A stretch of DNA of 64,000 nucleotides from an uncultured Poribacteria bacterium (GCA_951828515.1 OX639992.1:1352439-1416438); one strand, 5' to 3'. Shown: positions 37,449 to 47,964, counted from the first letter of the stretch. Numbers and translations are program-made. The notes: generated by a model not told the origin, from the sequence alone.

Positions 37449-40082
37449 CTAATCTCCGAGATGAATACGCCTATAGCGTTGTTCAAACGCTTTTTCTCCG
37501 CCCTCAAGAATGTTGCATATAGATTTCCTAACTTTCTTTTGCTGTATACTTGCAGGATGTTGCACATAAGTTTGGCCTTCCACTACCTCAAGCGGTAAAA
37601 CCAATTCTGCATCACCGTTAACCACAATATTGGCATTGTGCGTCACAACAATAACCTGCCGTTTACTTTTTGTTTTTCGCAACTGTTTGACAATCAAGTC
37701 GTAAATTAACTCGTTGTCCAAATCGTCTTCGGGTTGGTCTAACAAGAGTGGTTCGTCTCCATAGAATAGGATGAATGCCAATAGTGCAGCTGCTCTCTCA
37801 CCAGGTGAGCCTATTTCTATCGGCTTACGATTGGCATCCAAGGTGATTTTCAACTTATCCTCGGGAAACCATAAGATGAGATTGATTATAGATTCTGGTG
37901 ACAACGATTGTAAACGAGTAGCGAACGATTTATGTTTGGCAGTCTTCTCTCCATTGCGAATACCTTCAAGTGTTTCTTTGAGTTTTTCAATTTTCTCGTC
38001 TCCACTGTTGCGATAAATCTTTTTTAAGTTTTTAAAATCCGAGGCAAAACGATCCTGACATTGCAGTATATTCCGAATCTCTTTCTCTATGCTATCCCAC
38101 TTTCCGCCAAAAGGCTGGACTTCAATGCTGACAAATTGACTGTCTTTTAGAACAGAAGCCAGAAATTTTTGCCGATTTTCTGAGAGTATTCTCCGATTCT
38201 CTTTAATTTCCATAAACACTCTCTGTTTTTCACCCTCTAAGTTATGCAAATCCGCCTTATGTTCACTAATTAAATCTAACTCTCTTTTTAAGTTCCTTTG
38301 TTGTGTCAATAGCAAAGGATATCTATCGGGGTCTATATTTTGCTGTTCAAGTTCGGAACGCAATTGCTCATACTGTGCCATATCTGTCTTGAGTGCTTGC
38401 ATCCAGTCTGCCGTATTTTTTTCAGTTTGCCACTCGGCGATAACCGAATTCGCCTTTTGTACCACTTCGCTTAACTGGTCATGGATAGACTGCCATTTCT
38501 CATTTGTTGTTTCTAAAGTCGACAAAATATCTGTGTGTTTGCTAAAATGCTGCGTATTAAAATCCGCCGGAGCAATAGAGTCTTGTGTCTCCAAAATCCG
38601 ACCGCGCAGCTCTTCCCATTTACGCTCCAAACTTTCAAGTTCGTTTAACTGCTGCCGCCGCCCGCGGTAATTTTGCAGCACTTCTTTATGCCCTGATTTT
38701 TCGATCTGCGCAATCTGTCTTGCGAGATCGTTGAACTCCCCGCACAGTTTGCTCTCCTCAGCGATTTTATCATTCAACTCTCGTCGTTTACTCTCAATTT
38801 GCTTGTATCGGTTTTCCAAGTCCCTTTTCTGTGTCTTAAGCTTAGCGGCATCAACTTTAGGTGCTTCATCAATAATCCTAATCAGGGCACTTGGCTTCTT
38901 AGCTAATTCAAAAATCTGCTTTTGACTATAAATACGGACCGGTAAAAGTGATTTAATCTCTCCATCAAAAGATTCCCAAGTGCCATCATCTTTTTCTACT
39001 TCCAAAGAGGAACAATCCTGAGTGAAGGACCAGTTCAAACGGTATCGCACTTCACCTTTGCGGTAGATTAACGATATTTTACTGTCCTCAATCAGTAGGT
39101 TAGTATCCCCTACTTCAAAGTATTTACGACTATCTCTAACTAACGGATCAGGAATGTCTTTATCGCGCCGAAGAGCCAAGCGCATGAACTCCAATAGTGT
39201 TGACTTGCCGCGTCCACGTCCACCAATTATGGTGTTGAGAAAGGGACTAAATCGGCAATTTAGTGGCTCAGAACGTCCAATGTATTTTGCTTTATCAACT
39301 TCTATACTTTGTATAAAGTAGTCGGGGGGATCGTTGGGGGTGTCGTTCATGTTGCGGTTTACAGATACATCACCGTCCTGTAGTGCAAGTTTTAGTCCTT
39401 CAATAGAAGGTTCATCCATTTTGACCCAAGTAAATGTGCCAAATGTCTCTTTACTGAAATCGTGTACATCAGAACCCCTAATTTCAGTCCACTGTAACTT
39501 TTCGTCTATATATAATTGGGGTTTTTGATAATTACTGTCCCATAACTCCATCGCGTCAATATTTTCATTTTCCAATATCTGTTGTAGTGTTAATCCGGTA
39601 AGTTTAAACAAACCCCTTATTTTATCAGCATGTGCGGGTATAGGAATGCCACCTCGTTCTGCGATTTCATCAACGACTTCAGTAATGCTTTTAATTGTTA
39701 CATCATCGCTATCTCCTTTCGTTCCTTTATAATCAACAGCATCAAGTAAATTATCAATACCACTCTTATTCTTGTTACGTCCAAATATCGCTAATATATG
39801 TACACCACCGTTTGCTGAAATTTCCACGCCCGGGAAGAGATATAAAGGCCGGTACCAGTGAGGTTGGTTTGCTTGTAGTTTTATCAATTCTTGCTGCAGA
39901 ATACCTATCCAACCGCCACTGTTATGGTCAGTAATTGCTACACAGTCAATTTCCTTTTCCATGAATGCCCTTAACCAATCTTCAGCACCCAATTTTTTAT
40001 CATTGAAGTCTACCGAGGCGGGTGTGTGGGTATGAAAATCAACTTTCCACCACCGTGCCCCCGGAAATTGTAACTCATTCAT
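37449..40082 (-). CDS. PHP phosphoesterase fused to SMC/ABC-type ATPase (Ppl/TrlF-like)
   Basis: PHP motifs DFHTHT, AITDHN, PGVEIS, IPAH, GSDVH. Walker A GGRGRGKST, coiled coil, SPGE signature, LLLDQPEDDLD, VTHNAN. Confidence 0.88.
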   Translation of the reverse strand: MNELQFPGARWWKVDFHTHTPASVDFNDKKLGAEDWLRAFMEKEIDCVAITDHNSGGWIGILQQELIKLQANQPHWYRPLYLFPGVEISANGGVHILAIFGRNKNKSGIDNLLDAVDYKGTKGDSDDVTIKSITEVVDEIAERGGIPIPAHADKIRGLFKLTGLTLQQILENENIDAMELWDSNYQKPQLYIDEKLQWTEIRGSDVHDFSKETFGTFTWVKMDEPSIEGLKLALQDGDVSVNRNMNDTPNDPPDYFIQSIEVDKAKYIGRSEPLNCRFSPFLNTIIGGRGRGKSTLLEFMRLALRRDKDIPDPLVRDSRKYFEVGDTNLLIEDSKISLIYRKGEVRYRLNWSFTQDCSSLEVEKDDGTWESFDGEIKSLLPVRIYSQKQIFELAKKPSALIRIIDEAPKVDAAKLKTQKRDLENRYKQIESKRRELNDKIAEESKLCGEFNDLARQIAQIEKSGHKEVLQNYRGRRQQLNELESLERKWEELRGRILETQDSIAPADFNTQHFSKHTDILSTLETTNEKWQSIHDQLSEVVQKANSVIAEWQTEKNTADWMQALKTDMAQYEQLRSELEQQNIDPDRYPLLLTQQRNLKRELDLISEHKADLHNLEGEKQRVFMEIKENRRILSENRQKFLASVLKDSQFVSIEVQPFGGKWDSIEKEIRNILQCQDRFASDFKNLKKIYRNSGDEKIEKLKETLEGIRNGEKTAKHKSFATRLQSLSPESIINLILWFPEDKLKITLDANRKPIEIGSPGERAAALLAFILFYGDEPLLLDQPEDDLDNELIYDLIVKQLRKTKSKRQVIVVTHNANIVVNGDAELVLPLEVVEGQTYVQHPASIQQKKVRKSICNILEGGEKAFEQRYRRIHLGD

Positions 40083-40299
40083 AACAGATACCTCGTAATT
40101 TATGGATACGCACAAGTATGTTGACTATTATACTCAAAATTAGATGTTGTTAACAATTTCTTAATATATCAATCAATAGTATACCGTTATCGCAGTTAGG
40201 TTTCAACAAATTTTATGCAATTCGCGTGGTGAGGATATCAGTCATCTTACCGCTATCGGGGTCTTGTAACGTGTGGGAGATAGATGACCGGTCTGTGGT

Positions 40300-40525
40300 G
40301 GCAGGAATCTTGGGTTCCAGAACAGAAGAATCTTCACTTGTTTGTCCTGCGCGAGTATCCGAACAAGATGCTGATATAAGTCGTGAGGTGAATAGTTCGC
40401 TTGCGGAAGTGGAGATGAACGAATCGAGATGTGGTTTTGATATCCGTGTATCTTCTGCGTAGCATTTGCACTGGATGGCGCAGTATCCGCCATCGCGTTC
40501 TTGTAAATTCTATTAAATAACCCAA
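40300..40525 (-). pseudogene. Possible degenerate Txe/YoeB-like toxin remnant
   Basis: MGYLIEFT start and, in another frame, NYSPHDLYQHLVRILAQDKQVKILLFW resemble the YoeB termini. Confidence 0.3.
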
Positions 40526-41155
40526 GTGGCTATGTTAAAAAGTTATAGATATTCAAGTACAATTTATATTGGACAATGAGAGATGTTTCAACGATACACA
40601 TGTCGCCCCTTTGGGACTTTAGACTTGGGGTGATCGCGTTTCTACACACATACCGCCCCGCTGGGGCTTGGAGCAAACGACTCGCGATTTTCTATACCCA
40701 ATTGCTGAAGGAAACCCGAAAAAACCCAAAATGTAATGAAAATAATCACACTTATTTGAAAGTGGTAACTTGGGTTAAATAAATTTGCTTTTCCAAGTTA
40801 AATATGTTATCATATATAATGTAAATTTGAATTAGTATTCAGGCATAAAAAAAACAAAGGAAATGTTACACTTCCGTCGAATTATTTTTTTCGCGACAGA
40901 ACATCCGTCCTGAAAACGGCTCGGAACCCAGACGGCACCTACGGTGAAAATACTGATCGCTGCACCTGCAATGTTACACTGGTGTAACATTTTAAGGCAT
41001 CAACAGCGCAATAAATTGCGCTACTACGAACCAAGTTGAATGCCCTCTTTCTGTTGAATGCCCTCTTTCTATAGACATAGCACTCCGCTGGCGTGCGGAA
41101 AAAGTTTGAAAAATCGTATTCAAACTATGGAATTGATTCGTAGCAACTTGGGTTA
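40518..41155. mobile_element. Cluster of MITE-like elements (families B, D, B) with REP-like hairpins
   Basis: TAACCCAAG...CTTGGGTTA (40518-40777), AAATGTTAC...GTAACATTT (40861-40992), AACCAAGTTG...CAACTTGGGTTA (41029-41155). Hairpins GCCCCGCTGGGGC, GCGCAATAAATTGCGC and GCACTCCGCTGGCGTGC. Confidence 0.6.
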
Positions 41156-41185
41156 GAATATTACACTTTACCAAGGTAACGTTTC

Positions 41186-41938
41186 ATGGGAACAAAATCA
41201 ATCGGCTTGCGCGTCCCTCTTCTATTGCGGGATATGTATGAAACCGCAATAAACTTCCTCTATCCCGCAGAATGCCGGGTTTGTGAGGAATTCCTTGGGA
41301 CTACGTCTATACCGTATATCTGCAATAACTGCTGGCAGGATATTCAATTCGTCGAACCGCCTTGGTGCGATATATGTGGCATGCCGGGTATCGATGGACT
41401 TTGTGATGCGTGTGCTATCACCCCACCGCGTTATGGAAAACTGAGATCCGTAGCATTTTACCAAACCACACTCCAACACGCAATACATTTCTTTAAATTT
41501 GAAAAGAAAAAGGTGTTTGCACGACACCTGACTCAACTGCTAAACGCACATATCCCTTCGGACTGCAGGATTGCGGAATACGACTTTGTTTTGCCCATTC
41601 CAATTCATAAGAAGCGGCTCCGGGAACGCGGTTTCAATCAGGCGATGCTCCTTGCCAATGGAATGGCAACAGCGGAAGGTGTACCCATTCTCGCGAATAC
41701 GCTGATTCGGAATCGACACACAATCGCACAAAGTAGTTTGGATAGAGAGGCGCGCCAGCAGAATCTGATCGGTGCTTTTGAAATCCGGAACCCAGATATT
41801 ATCCGTGGAAAACGACTCCTGATCTTTGATGATGTTTTCACTACCGGTGCTACGATTCATGAAGCAGTGAGTGAATTATGGACTGCCGATCCAGTTGAAA
41901 TCGATGTTCTAACACTGGCGAGAACCTCGGACAATTAA
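41186..41938 (+). CDS. comF: ComF family competence protein (zinc ribbon + PRTase)
   Basis: LYPAECRVC, CDICG, RERGFNQA, LIFDDVFTTGAT. Confidence 0.9.
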   Translation: MGTKSIGLRVPLLLRDMYETAINFLYPAECRVCEEFLGTTSIPYICNNCWQDIQFVEPPWCDICGMPGIDGLCDACAITPPRYGKLRSVAFYQTTLQHAIHFFKFEKKKVFARHLTQLLNAHIPSDCRIAEYDFVLPIPIHKKRLRERGFNQAMLLANGMATAEGVPILANTLIRNRHTIAQSSLDREARQQNLIGAFEIRNPDIIRGKRLLIFDDVFTTGATIHEAVSELWTADPVEIDVLTLARTSDN

Positions 41939-42102
41939 GAATCGTGAAACTTTTTTCGTTTATATTGCGTATTATATGAAGGTTCACGCTATAACAAGGA
42001 TGTAGACACACCTTCGCATTGTAAGGCGAACGTCTGGAAGTCACATCTTAAAACTGCTTATCATTTCGATAATCATCTAAATTTATAGTGGGAGGTTAAC
42101 CT

Positions 42103-45100
42103 TTGCACTTAAACAGCATCAAAATTCGTGGATTTAAGAGTTTCGCCGAAGAAATTGAGCTCATACTTGAACCCGGCATCACTACTATTGTCGGACCCAA
42201 CGGTTGTGGAAAAAGCAACGTTTCCGATGCAATTCGATGGGTGCTGGGGGAACAGAGTGCTCGCTCGCTCCGATGTACCTCTATGCGTGATCTACTTTTC
42301 AACGGTGGTGCTAATTTCGCGCCCGCGCAGAAAACAGAGGTAGCCCTGTGCTTTTCAAATGGAAATCCTGATGCCCACCCACAAGATGCTCCTGAACTTG
42401 CCTTGGCATCTCCAGGAGTTGAGGTGTCTCGCCACCTCGGTCGCAACGGTGAAAGCCGCTATCTGATTAATCAGAGCCCGTGTCGTCTCCGAGACATCAG
42501 CGAACTCTTTATGGACACAGGTATCGGCGTAGATGCTTACTCGGTTATGGAACAGAGTAAGATTGATTTGATCCTGAACGTCCGCCCCGAAGAACGTCGG
42601 TTTCTCTTCGATGAGGTTGCCGGCATCACCAAGTATAAACATCGTAAGAAAACAGCACTCCGTAAACTTGAACAGACCGAACAAAACCTCGCCCGTATCA
42701 ACGATGTGATTCAGGAGTTACAGCGCGAAACTGAGTCCCTCAAGGAACAAGCAGAACAGGCACATCACTATAATACACAACAAGCGCGGTTAAAGCAGCT
42801 TGAGTTAGAACTCGCGCACCGAGAATATGATAAACTCCGTACAGATTATAACCAAGCCCAAGCCGACCTGGATGAGGTCTTAGCCACTGTCGCGAATGCT
42901 TCTGAAACCCTTAAAATCGCTGAAGAACGCATTGAGAACTCCACAAACCGCCGATCTGAGTTGGATGAAGCGATACGTGAAGGACAAACAGCACTTCGCG
43001 AGATTGAATCACAAATTGAGCAAATCGAACGTCAGATAGTGCTCCACAAGGAACGCCAACTCAACATCCAACGGGAGCGGGAACGGGCACTCCAAACGCT
43101 TGAATCCTTAAAATCACAACAAACCGGCATACTGACACAGCAGCGGGAGCGAAATCAAGAATATCAGAAACTTGAGGCATCCTGCAAGATAGAAGGGAGC
43201 CGATTGGCAGCACGTCAGCAACTTCTAACAGAACTCGCTGAACGGATCAGCGGCGCCAAAGATGCTGTACAAGAAACACAAATTGCCTTACAAGAGATTA
43301 CAACGGAGTTGACAGAACGCGAACGCGAACGCTTGGCGATCGAGCATACGTTGACAAGTTCCGAAGGGAATCTCAACCGCCTGAAAAAAAATAAGACAGC
43401 GTTAACCGCTGAACTCAGCACTGCCAACGATACTCGCGATGAAGTCCAGTATGCTGAAACACAATTGAAGGCAACACTCGTTCACATCGAAACTGAGAAA
43501 AACCAGGCAGAAATAGACCTCAGCGAGAGTCAAGATGCGCTCCGTAAGATTGAAGCCGAAATCCGAGACTTACAAAACACCTTAGGTGCCAATGTCTCAC
43601 GGTTCAAATCATTACAGGAATTGCAATCTGCGTATGAAGGATACTATGCCGGTGTTCGGGCGATAATGCAGGTGAAAACCCACTACCCCGACCAGTTTCA
43701 AGGCGTGTGTGGTGTCGTTGCCGAACTTGTCACAACGGGTACCGAGTATGAAGTTGCAATAGAGGTCGCTCTCGGGAGTGCTATCCAGAATGTCATTACT
43801 GAAACCGCTGAGGATGCACAAAGGGGTATCGCTTTTCTTAAACAGCATCGCGCAGGTAGGGTAACGTTCCTCCCTCTGGATATTTTACGTGGACGTAGAT
43901 TTGAGGCTAAGGAATTGTTGGACCAACCCGGTGTTATCGGAATCGCTGAGGAATTGATCGATTACGACCCGAAATACGAGACTGCGATGCGACATCTACT
44001 GGGCAATACGCTCGTTATTGAAGATTTGGATTCAGCAATCGCCCTGACCCGTCAGTTCCGTTCAAGTGCCCGCCTCGTCACGTTAGACGGCGAAGTCATT
44101 AATACATCTGGTGCCATCACTGGTGGTCAAACAGGTCAGAAGCAGATCGGGTTGCTCAGTCGTGCCCGGGAACTTGAGACGCTTGAGGACGAGATTGGGA
44201 AGTTGACCCAAAACTCGAATAAGAAGGATCAGAAGCGTAAGGCGTACGCCGCAGCAATAGCGAATCTGCAAAAAACGCGGCAGACGCTCACTGCACAGTG
44301 GCAGGATAAACGGGTTGAAAAAGCGTCATTGACGAAAGACTTAGAGCAGGCAAATCTCCAGGTTATCCGGCTCGAACAACAACTCACTACGGTTGCGGCA
44401 GAAAACCGCGAATTGGACACCGCAGTAGCGGCATCGCGCGAAGAACAACAGGCACTTGAAACTGAAATCCAGGCGTTGACGCAAAAGAAGACTCGTACCC
44501 AACGATGGATTGAACGAATGTCCGAGCAGATTGAAAGCGAAAACCGGAAACACACTGAAGTCGCGAGCAGTTGTCAGGAGATGGAAGTTTTCTTGGCAGG
44601 CCAGCGTCAGAAACTTGAGGGTTTAGCGTCCGAAATCCAAACGTTCAAGGAAACACAAGCGCGAATAGAAAAGGATATCGCTGAACAACAAGCAATCATT
44701 GACACAGATGAACAGAGAAAAAGCGACCTCGTGGAGCAGGTAGCCGCGGCGCAACGCGAGTTCCTCCGTTTAGAAGGGGATCGCGCCGTAGCCGAATCAC
44801 GCGTTGATGAGTTGACCGAAGAACGTGAGACACTCCTTCAGGAGGTAGAGGTCCTCCAAAAGGAGATGCGTGCAACCCGTAGAACCTTTGAGAGACAGAA
44901 CCGTACGCGTCATAAACTCGAAGTCGCCACAACACAATTTGAGATGCGCATAAAATCGGTCTCAACCCGTATCCACGATAAATATCAGGTTTCGATTGAT
45001 TCCCTACCACCGATAACGGATAACGAACAAGCGATGGATGAGATTGATCTGTTGGATAGCATTGAGAAGTTGAAAGCGGAACTCTCTGGAATGGGTGCAG

Positions 45101-45687
45101 TAAACCTCAAGGCGATTGAGACTTATGAGGAATATAAGAAACGCTACGATTTCCTTATTTCCCAGCGCGCTGATCTTGAACAGTCGACGCAAGACACTTA
45201 TCAGGCGATACAGAAAATTAACCAGACATCAAGAGAAGTGTTTCTTAAGACGTTTGAAGAGGTGCAGACGAACTTCCAAGAGGTTTTTACACAACTCTTT
45301 GGCGGCGGCGAAACCGAATTGCTATTGACGGATCCGTCCGACGTGCTCGATTCGGGCATTGACATTATTGCTCGTCCGCCAGGTAAACGTCCACAGAGCA
45401 TCACGCAGCTTTCTGGTGGAGAACGTTCGTTGGTGGCGATTGGACTTCTGTTTGCTGTCTTCAAAATCAAGCCGAGTCCTTTCTGTGTGCTCGATGAAGT
45501 CGATGCCGCGCTCGACGAAGCAAATGTCCTCCGCTTCACCAATCTGATCCGTGCTTATGCCGAGAATACGCAGTTTGTCATCATCACGCACAACCGTCGC
45601 ACGATGGAAATTGCCGATGCCATGTACGGTGTGACGATGGAACAGGCGGGTATCTCGAAAATTGTCTCTGCTAAGTTTGCGGAATAG
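42103..45687 (+). CDS. smc: Chromosome segregation protein SMC
   Basis: GFKSF, GPNGCGKSN, hinge GRVTFLPL, LSGGE, LDEVDAALD. Confidence 0.97.
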   Translation: MHLNSIKIRGFKSFAEEIELILEPGITTIVGPNGCGKSNVSDAIRWVLGEQSARSLRCTSMRDLLFNGGANFAPAQKTEVALCFSNGNPDAHPQDAPELALASPGVEVSRHLGRNGESRYLINQSPCRLRDISELFMDTGIGVDAYSVMEQSKIDLILNVRPEERRFLFDEVAGITKYKHRKKTALRKLEQTEQNLARINDVIQELQRETESLKEQAEQAHHYNTQQARLKQLELELAHREYDKLRTDYNQAQADLDEVLATVANASETLKIAEERIENSTNRRSELDEAIREGQTALREIESQIEQIERQIVLHKERQLNIQRERERALQTLESLKSQQTGILTQQRERNQEYQKLEASCKIEGSRLAARQQLLTELAERISGAKDAVQETQIALQEITTELTERERERLAIEHTLTSSEGNLNRLKKNKTALTAELSTANDTRDEVQYAETQLKATLVHIETEKNQAEIDLSESQDALRKIEAEIRDLQNTLGANVSRFKSLQELQSAYEGYYAGVRAIMQVKTHYPDQFQGVCGVVAELVTTGTEYEVAIEVALGSAIQNVITETAEDAQRGIAFLKQHRAGRVTFLPLDILRGRRFEAKELLDQPGVIGIAEELIDYDPKYETAMRHLLGNTLVIEDLDSAIALTRQFRSSARLVTLDGEVINTSGAITGGQTGQKQIGLLSRARELETLEDEIGKLTQNSNKKDQKRKAYAAAIANLQKTRQTLTAQWQDKRVEKASLTKDLEQANLQVIRLEQQLTTVAAENRELDTAVAASREEQQALETEIQALTQKKTRTQRWIERMSEQIESENRKHTEVASSCQEMEVFLAGQRQKLEGLASEIQTFKETQARIEKDIAEQQAIIDTDEQRKSDLVEQVAAAQREFLRLEGDRAVAESRVDELTEERETLLQEVEVLQKEMRATRRTFERQNRTRHKLEVATTQFEMRIKSVSTRIHDKYQVSIDSLPPITDNEQAMDEIDLLDSIEKLKAELSGMGAVNLKAIETYEEYKKRYDFLISQRADLEQSTQDTYQAIQKINQTSREVFLKTFEEVQTNFQEVFTQLFGGGETELLLTDPSDVLDSGIDIIARPPGKRPQSITQLSGGERSLVAIGLLFAVFKIKPSPFCVLDEVDAALDEANVLRFTNLIRAYAENTQFVIITHNRRTMEIADAMYGVTMEQAGISKIVSAKFAE

Positions 45688-45844
45688 CCGTCGGCAGTCA
45701 GCAGTCAGCAGTCAGTAAGAGCAATCTACGGCAGGAATAGTCATCAGTGGTCAACAAGCGATTGTTTTCAAACTGCCTGATGTTAAAAAAGCAGTAAAGG
45801 ATAATCGGAAACCTGCGCAAGGAGCGCAGACCAGGAGGCCATAA

Positions 45845-46813
45845 ATTAAAAAACTGAATCGAGACCTCCTCACAATTCTTCCGCTTCCTGAACGTCAGCA
45901 CAAAATGACGATCGCGGATGTCTACCCGTTAGATGTGGAAACCCCGCGCTATGAAAACCCACATCTCTCCGCCGTTTCAGATCGTATTGTTGAGGCGCGT
46001 CATCGTGGGAAACAGGTGATCTGGATGATGGGCGCGCACGTCATGCGGCGCGGCAATTCCCGTTTCATCATCGACTTGATGGAACGCGGCATCATCACAC
46101 ATGTCGCTACGAACGGCGCGTGTGCTATCCACGATTTTGAACTGGCACACATCGGTGCGACACTCGAAGATGTAGAGGACTACATTTGGGATGGGAAATT
46201 CGGTAATTGGGAGGAAACTGGACGCTATCTGAACGAAGCGATTATACGTGGTTACCGAGACAAGATCGGTTTTGGAGAAGCCGTCGGGAGGTTAATCCAA
46301 GAGGGCGAGATGGGCATTCCCTTTCCACATCAAGAGGTGAGCATGTTCGCCACAGCGTATCGGTTAGGCATCCCCTTCACTGTCCACAAAGGTATCGGCT
46401 ATGACATCATCGACCAACATCCTGCGGCTGATTACGCCGCGATGGGATGGACAACGGGTGAGGACTTTCTCCGTTTTGCGTATAGCGTTTCTCAGTTAGA
46501 AGACGGCGTTTTTCTGAATTTAGGGTCGGCTGTTATGGGACCCGAAGTCTATCTGAAAAGTCTTTCAATGGCTCGCAACATTGCAACGCAGCGTGGTGAG
46601 GAGATCCGACACTTCACGACTGCAAACTTCGACCTCATTGATTTTCCCGATTTCCAAGACGAGGGTGCACCCACCGATGCCCACTACTACCATCGTCCTA
46701 AGAAAACAATTCTCATCCGCACAGTGAAAGACGGCGGTGAGGGGTACCACATCTCCGGCGATTTCTCGGTCACTGTCCCCCAATTATACCGCTTGATACT
46801 CGCATCTGTGTAA
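45845..46813 (+). CDS. Deoxyhypusine-synthase-like (DHS-fold) hypothetical protein
   Basis: MMGAHV, THVATNGA.AIHDFE, GIPFTVH, FLNLGSAVMGPEVYLK. The frame is open upstream of ATG 45905 to ATT 45845, which follows GGAGG. Confidence 0.65.
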   Translation: MKKLNRDLLTILPLPERQHKMTIADVYPLDVETPRYENPHLSAVSDRIVEARHRGKQVIWMMGAHVMRRGNSRFIIDLMERGIITHVATNGACAIHDFELAHIGATLEDVEDYIWDGKFGNWEETGRYLNEAIIRGYRDKIGFGEAVGRLIQEGEMGIPFPHQEVSMFATAYRLGIPFTVHKGIGYDIIDQHPAADYAAMGWTTGEDFLRFAYSVSQLEDGVFLNLGSAVMGPEVYLKSLSMARNIATQRGEEIRHFTTANFDLIDFPDFQDEGAPTDAHYYHRPKKTILIRTVKDGGEGYHISGDFSVTVPQLYRLILASV

Positions 46814-46949
46814 TACCAAATCTAAAAAATAAAATTGCATTATAGAGGTTTTGGAATGCGATGCGGCATCTACCTGTAAGAGGCGCAATGAATTGCGCTA
46901 CTACGAGCCAGTTTTTTGTTAATGACAGGCGTTTATTTAGAAATGGTAT
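46813..46949. mobile_element. MITE-like family E (ATACCAAATCTAAA / TTTAGAAATGGTAT) with REP hairpin
   Basis: Inverted ends. Internal GCGCAATGAATTGCGCTACTAC resembles 41006-41027. Confidence 0.6.
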
Positions 46950-46995
46950 AAGATGGCTGAATCTGCCCAGTTTCCGTTTCGATATCATACTGCTG

Positions 46996-47253
46996 CTAAT
47001 AAACACCGCTCCGATGTCCAACTTCGTGAACAACAATCACTCGTGTTTGCCGATTAAAGGTATAGATAACTCGGTAAGCGTCAGCAATTCGTAAGCGGAA
47101 CTTCCCTCTATGTGCGCCTCGGAGAGCCTCATGGCGATGTGTATCGCAATTTTCGCATAACCCTTCCAATTTATTGAGAATTCGTGTTCGGATTGTGGCA
47201 TCCAAATGCCGTAAACTTGACGTAGCACGTGCCCTGAACGCTAACGTGTACAT
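46996..47253 (-). CDS. RelE/ParE family toxin
   Basis: RILNKLEGL, LRG...GKFRLRIADAYRVIY, VHEVGHRSGVY. Confidence 0.88.
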   Translation of the reverse strand: MYTLAFRARATSSLRHLDATIRTRILNKLEGLCENCDTHRHEALRGAHRGKFRLRIADAYRVIYTFNRQTRVIVVHEVGHRSGVY

Positions 47254-47948
47254 TTCAACTTAACCCCGAGCTTTTTGGCAACCTCCTCAAGTGGAATTAA
47301 TTCAGCTGTCCCGGCTTCAACCTCTGCAACGCTCCGTTCCAACCTTTCAGCCACCTCCGGACGCAATTCTAATCCCTCATCTGGATCATAGTGGTAATCC
47401 TCAAGAAACTGCTCTAACTCCAGGTAGGACACAAAAAATTCAAAGAATGCTGATTTCAGTTGTTCTGTCCCTTCAACCGATGGTAACGTCTTCTGCAGTT
47501 TAACAATTTTTTCACGTGCTGCAAAAAGTTCCCAATTCGCGAGCGTCTCCATCAGTCTACGGAACACATCATCCGGTAATTCCCTCACTTCAATCTCGGG
47601 TTCGGGATCAGTGATTAAGGGCAGATCACTCATCCGTTTTGCTATACGTCCTGCGGACGAAGTTTTTCGCACAGCTTCCACGGCTGCGACGCGCTCCTGC
47701 AGAGGTGCGAACGTATCACGCGTCTGTAGTATTGAGAGCAGCTGCGCTTCCGGTTCTTCTAACTCAAATGCCAAACCACAGTAGCCTTCATAAAACTCAC
47801 GGAACTCAGTATCCAACACGTCTCTATCAGCATTCTCAGCAAGCAAGGCAACGAGTCGTTCACGAGATTCAAAGAGCGAACAGTCGATAATTGGTGTGAG
47901 CCAGACACTGAATGCTGCGTGAGTCATGTCTGTTATGTCGCGTTTCAC
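47241..47948 (-). CDS. Antitoxin-like protein with a long N-terminal extension
   Basis: C-terminal DPDEGLELRPEVAERL...IPLEEVAKKLG antitoxin-like motif. Overlaps the RelE start. GTG after AAGGAG. Confidence 0.65.
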   Translation of the reverse strand: MKRDITDMTHAAFSVWLTPIIDCSLFESRERLVALLAENADRDVLDTEFREFYEGYCGLAFELEEPEAQLLSILQTRDTFAPLQERVAAVEAVRKTSSAGRIAKRMSDLPLITDPEPEIEVRELPDDVFRRLMETLANWELFAAREKIVKLQKTLPSVEGTEQLKSAFFEFFVSYLELEQFLEDYHYDPDEGLELRPEVAERLERSVAEVEAGTAELIPLEEVAKKLGVKLKCTR

Positions 47949-47964
47949 TGGATTCTCCTTATGA

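Noticed and set aside
37449-45687. Wadjet/MksBEF-like system from the nearby SMC-type genes
   Set aside because: smc and recN are canonical housekeeping genes, and no JetA/B/D or kleisin partners are present.
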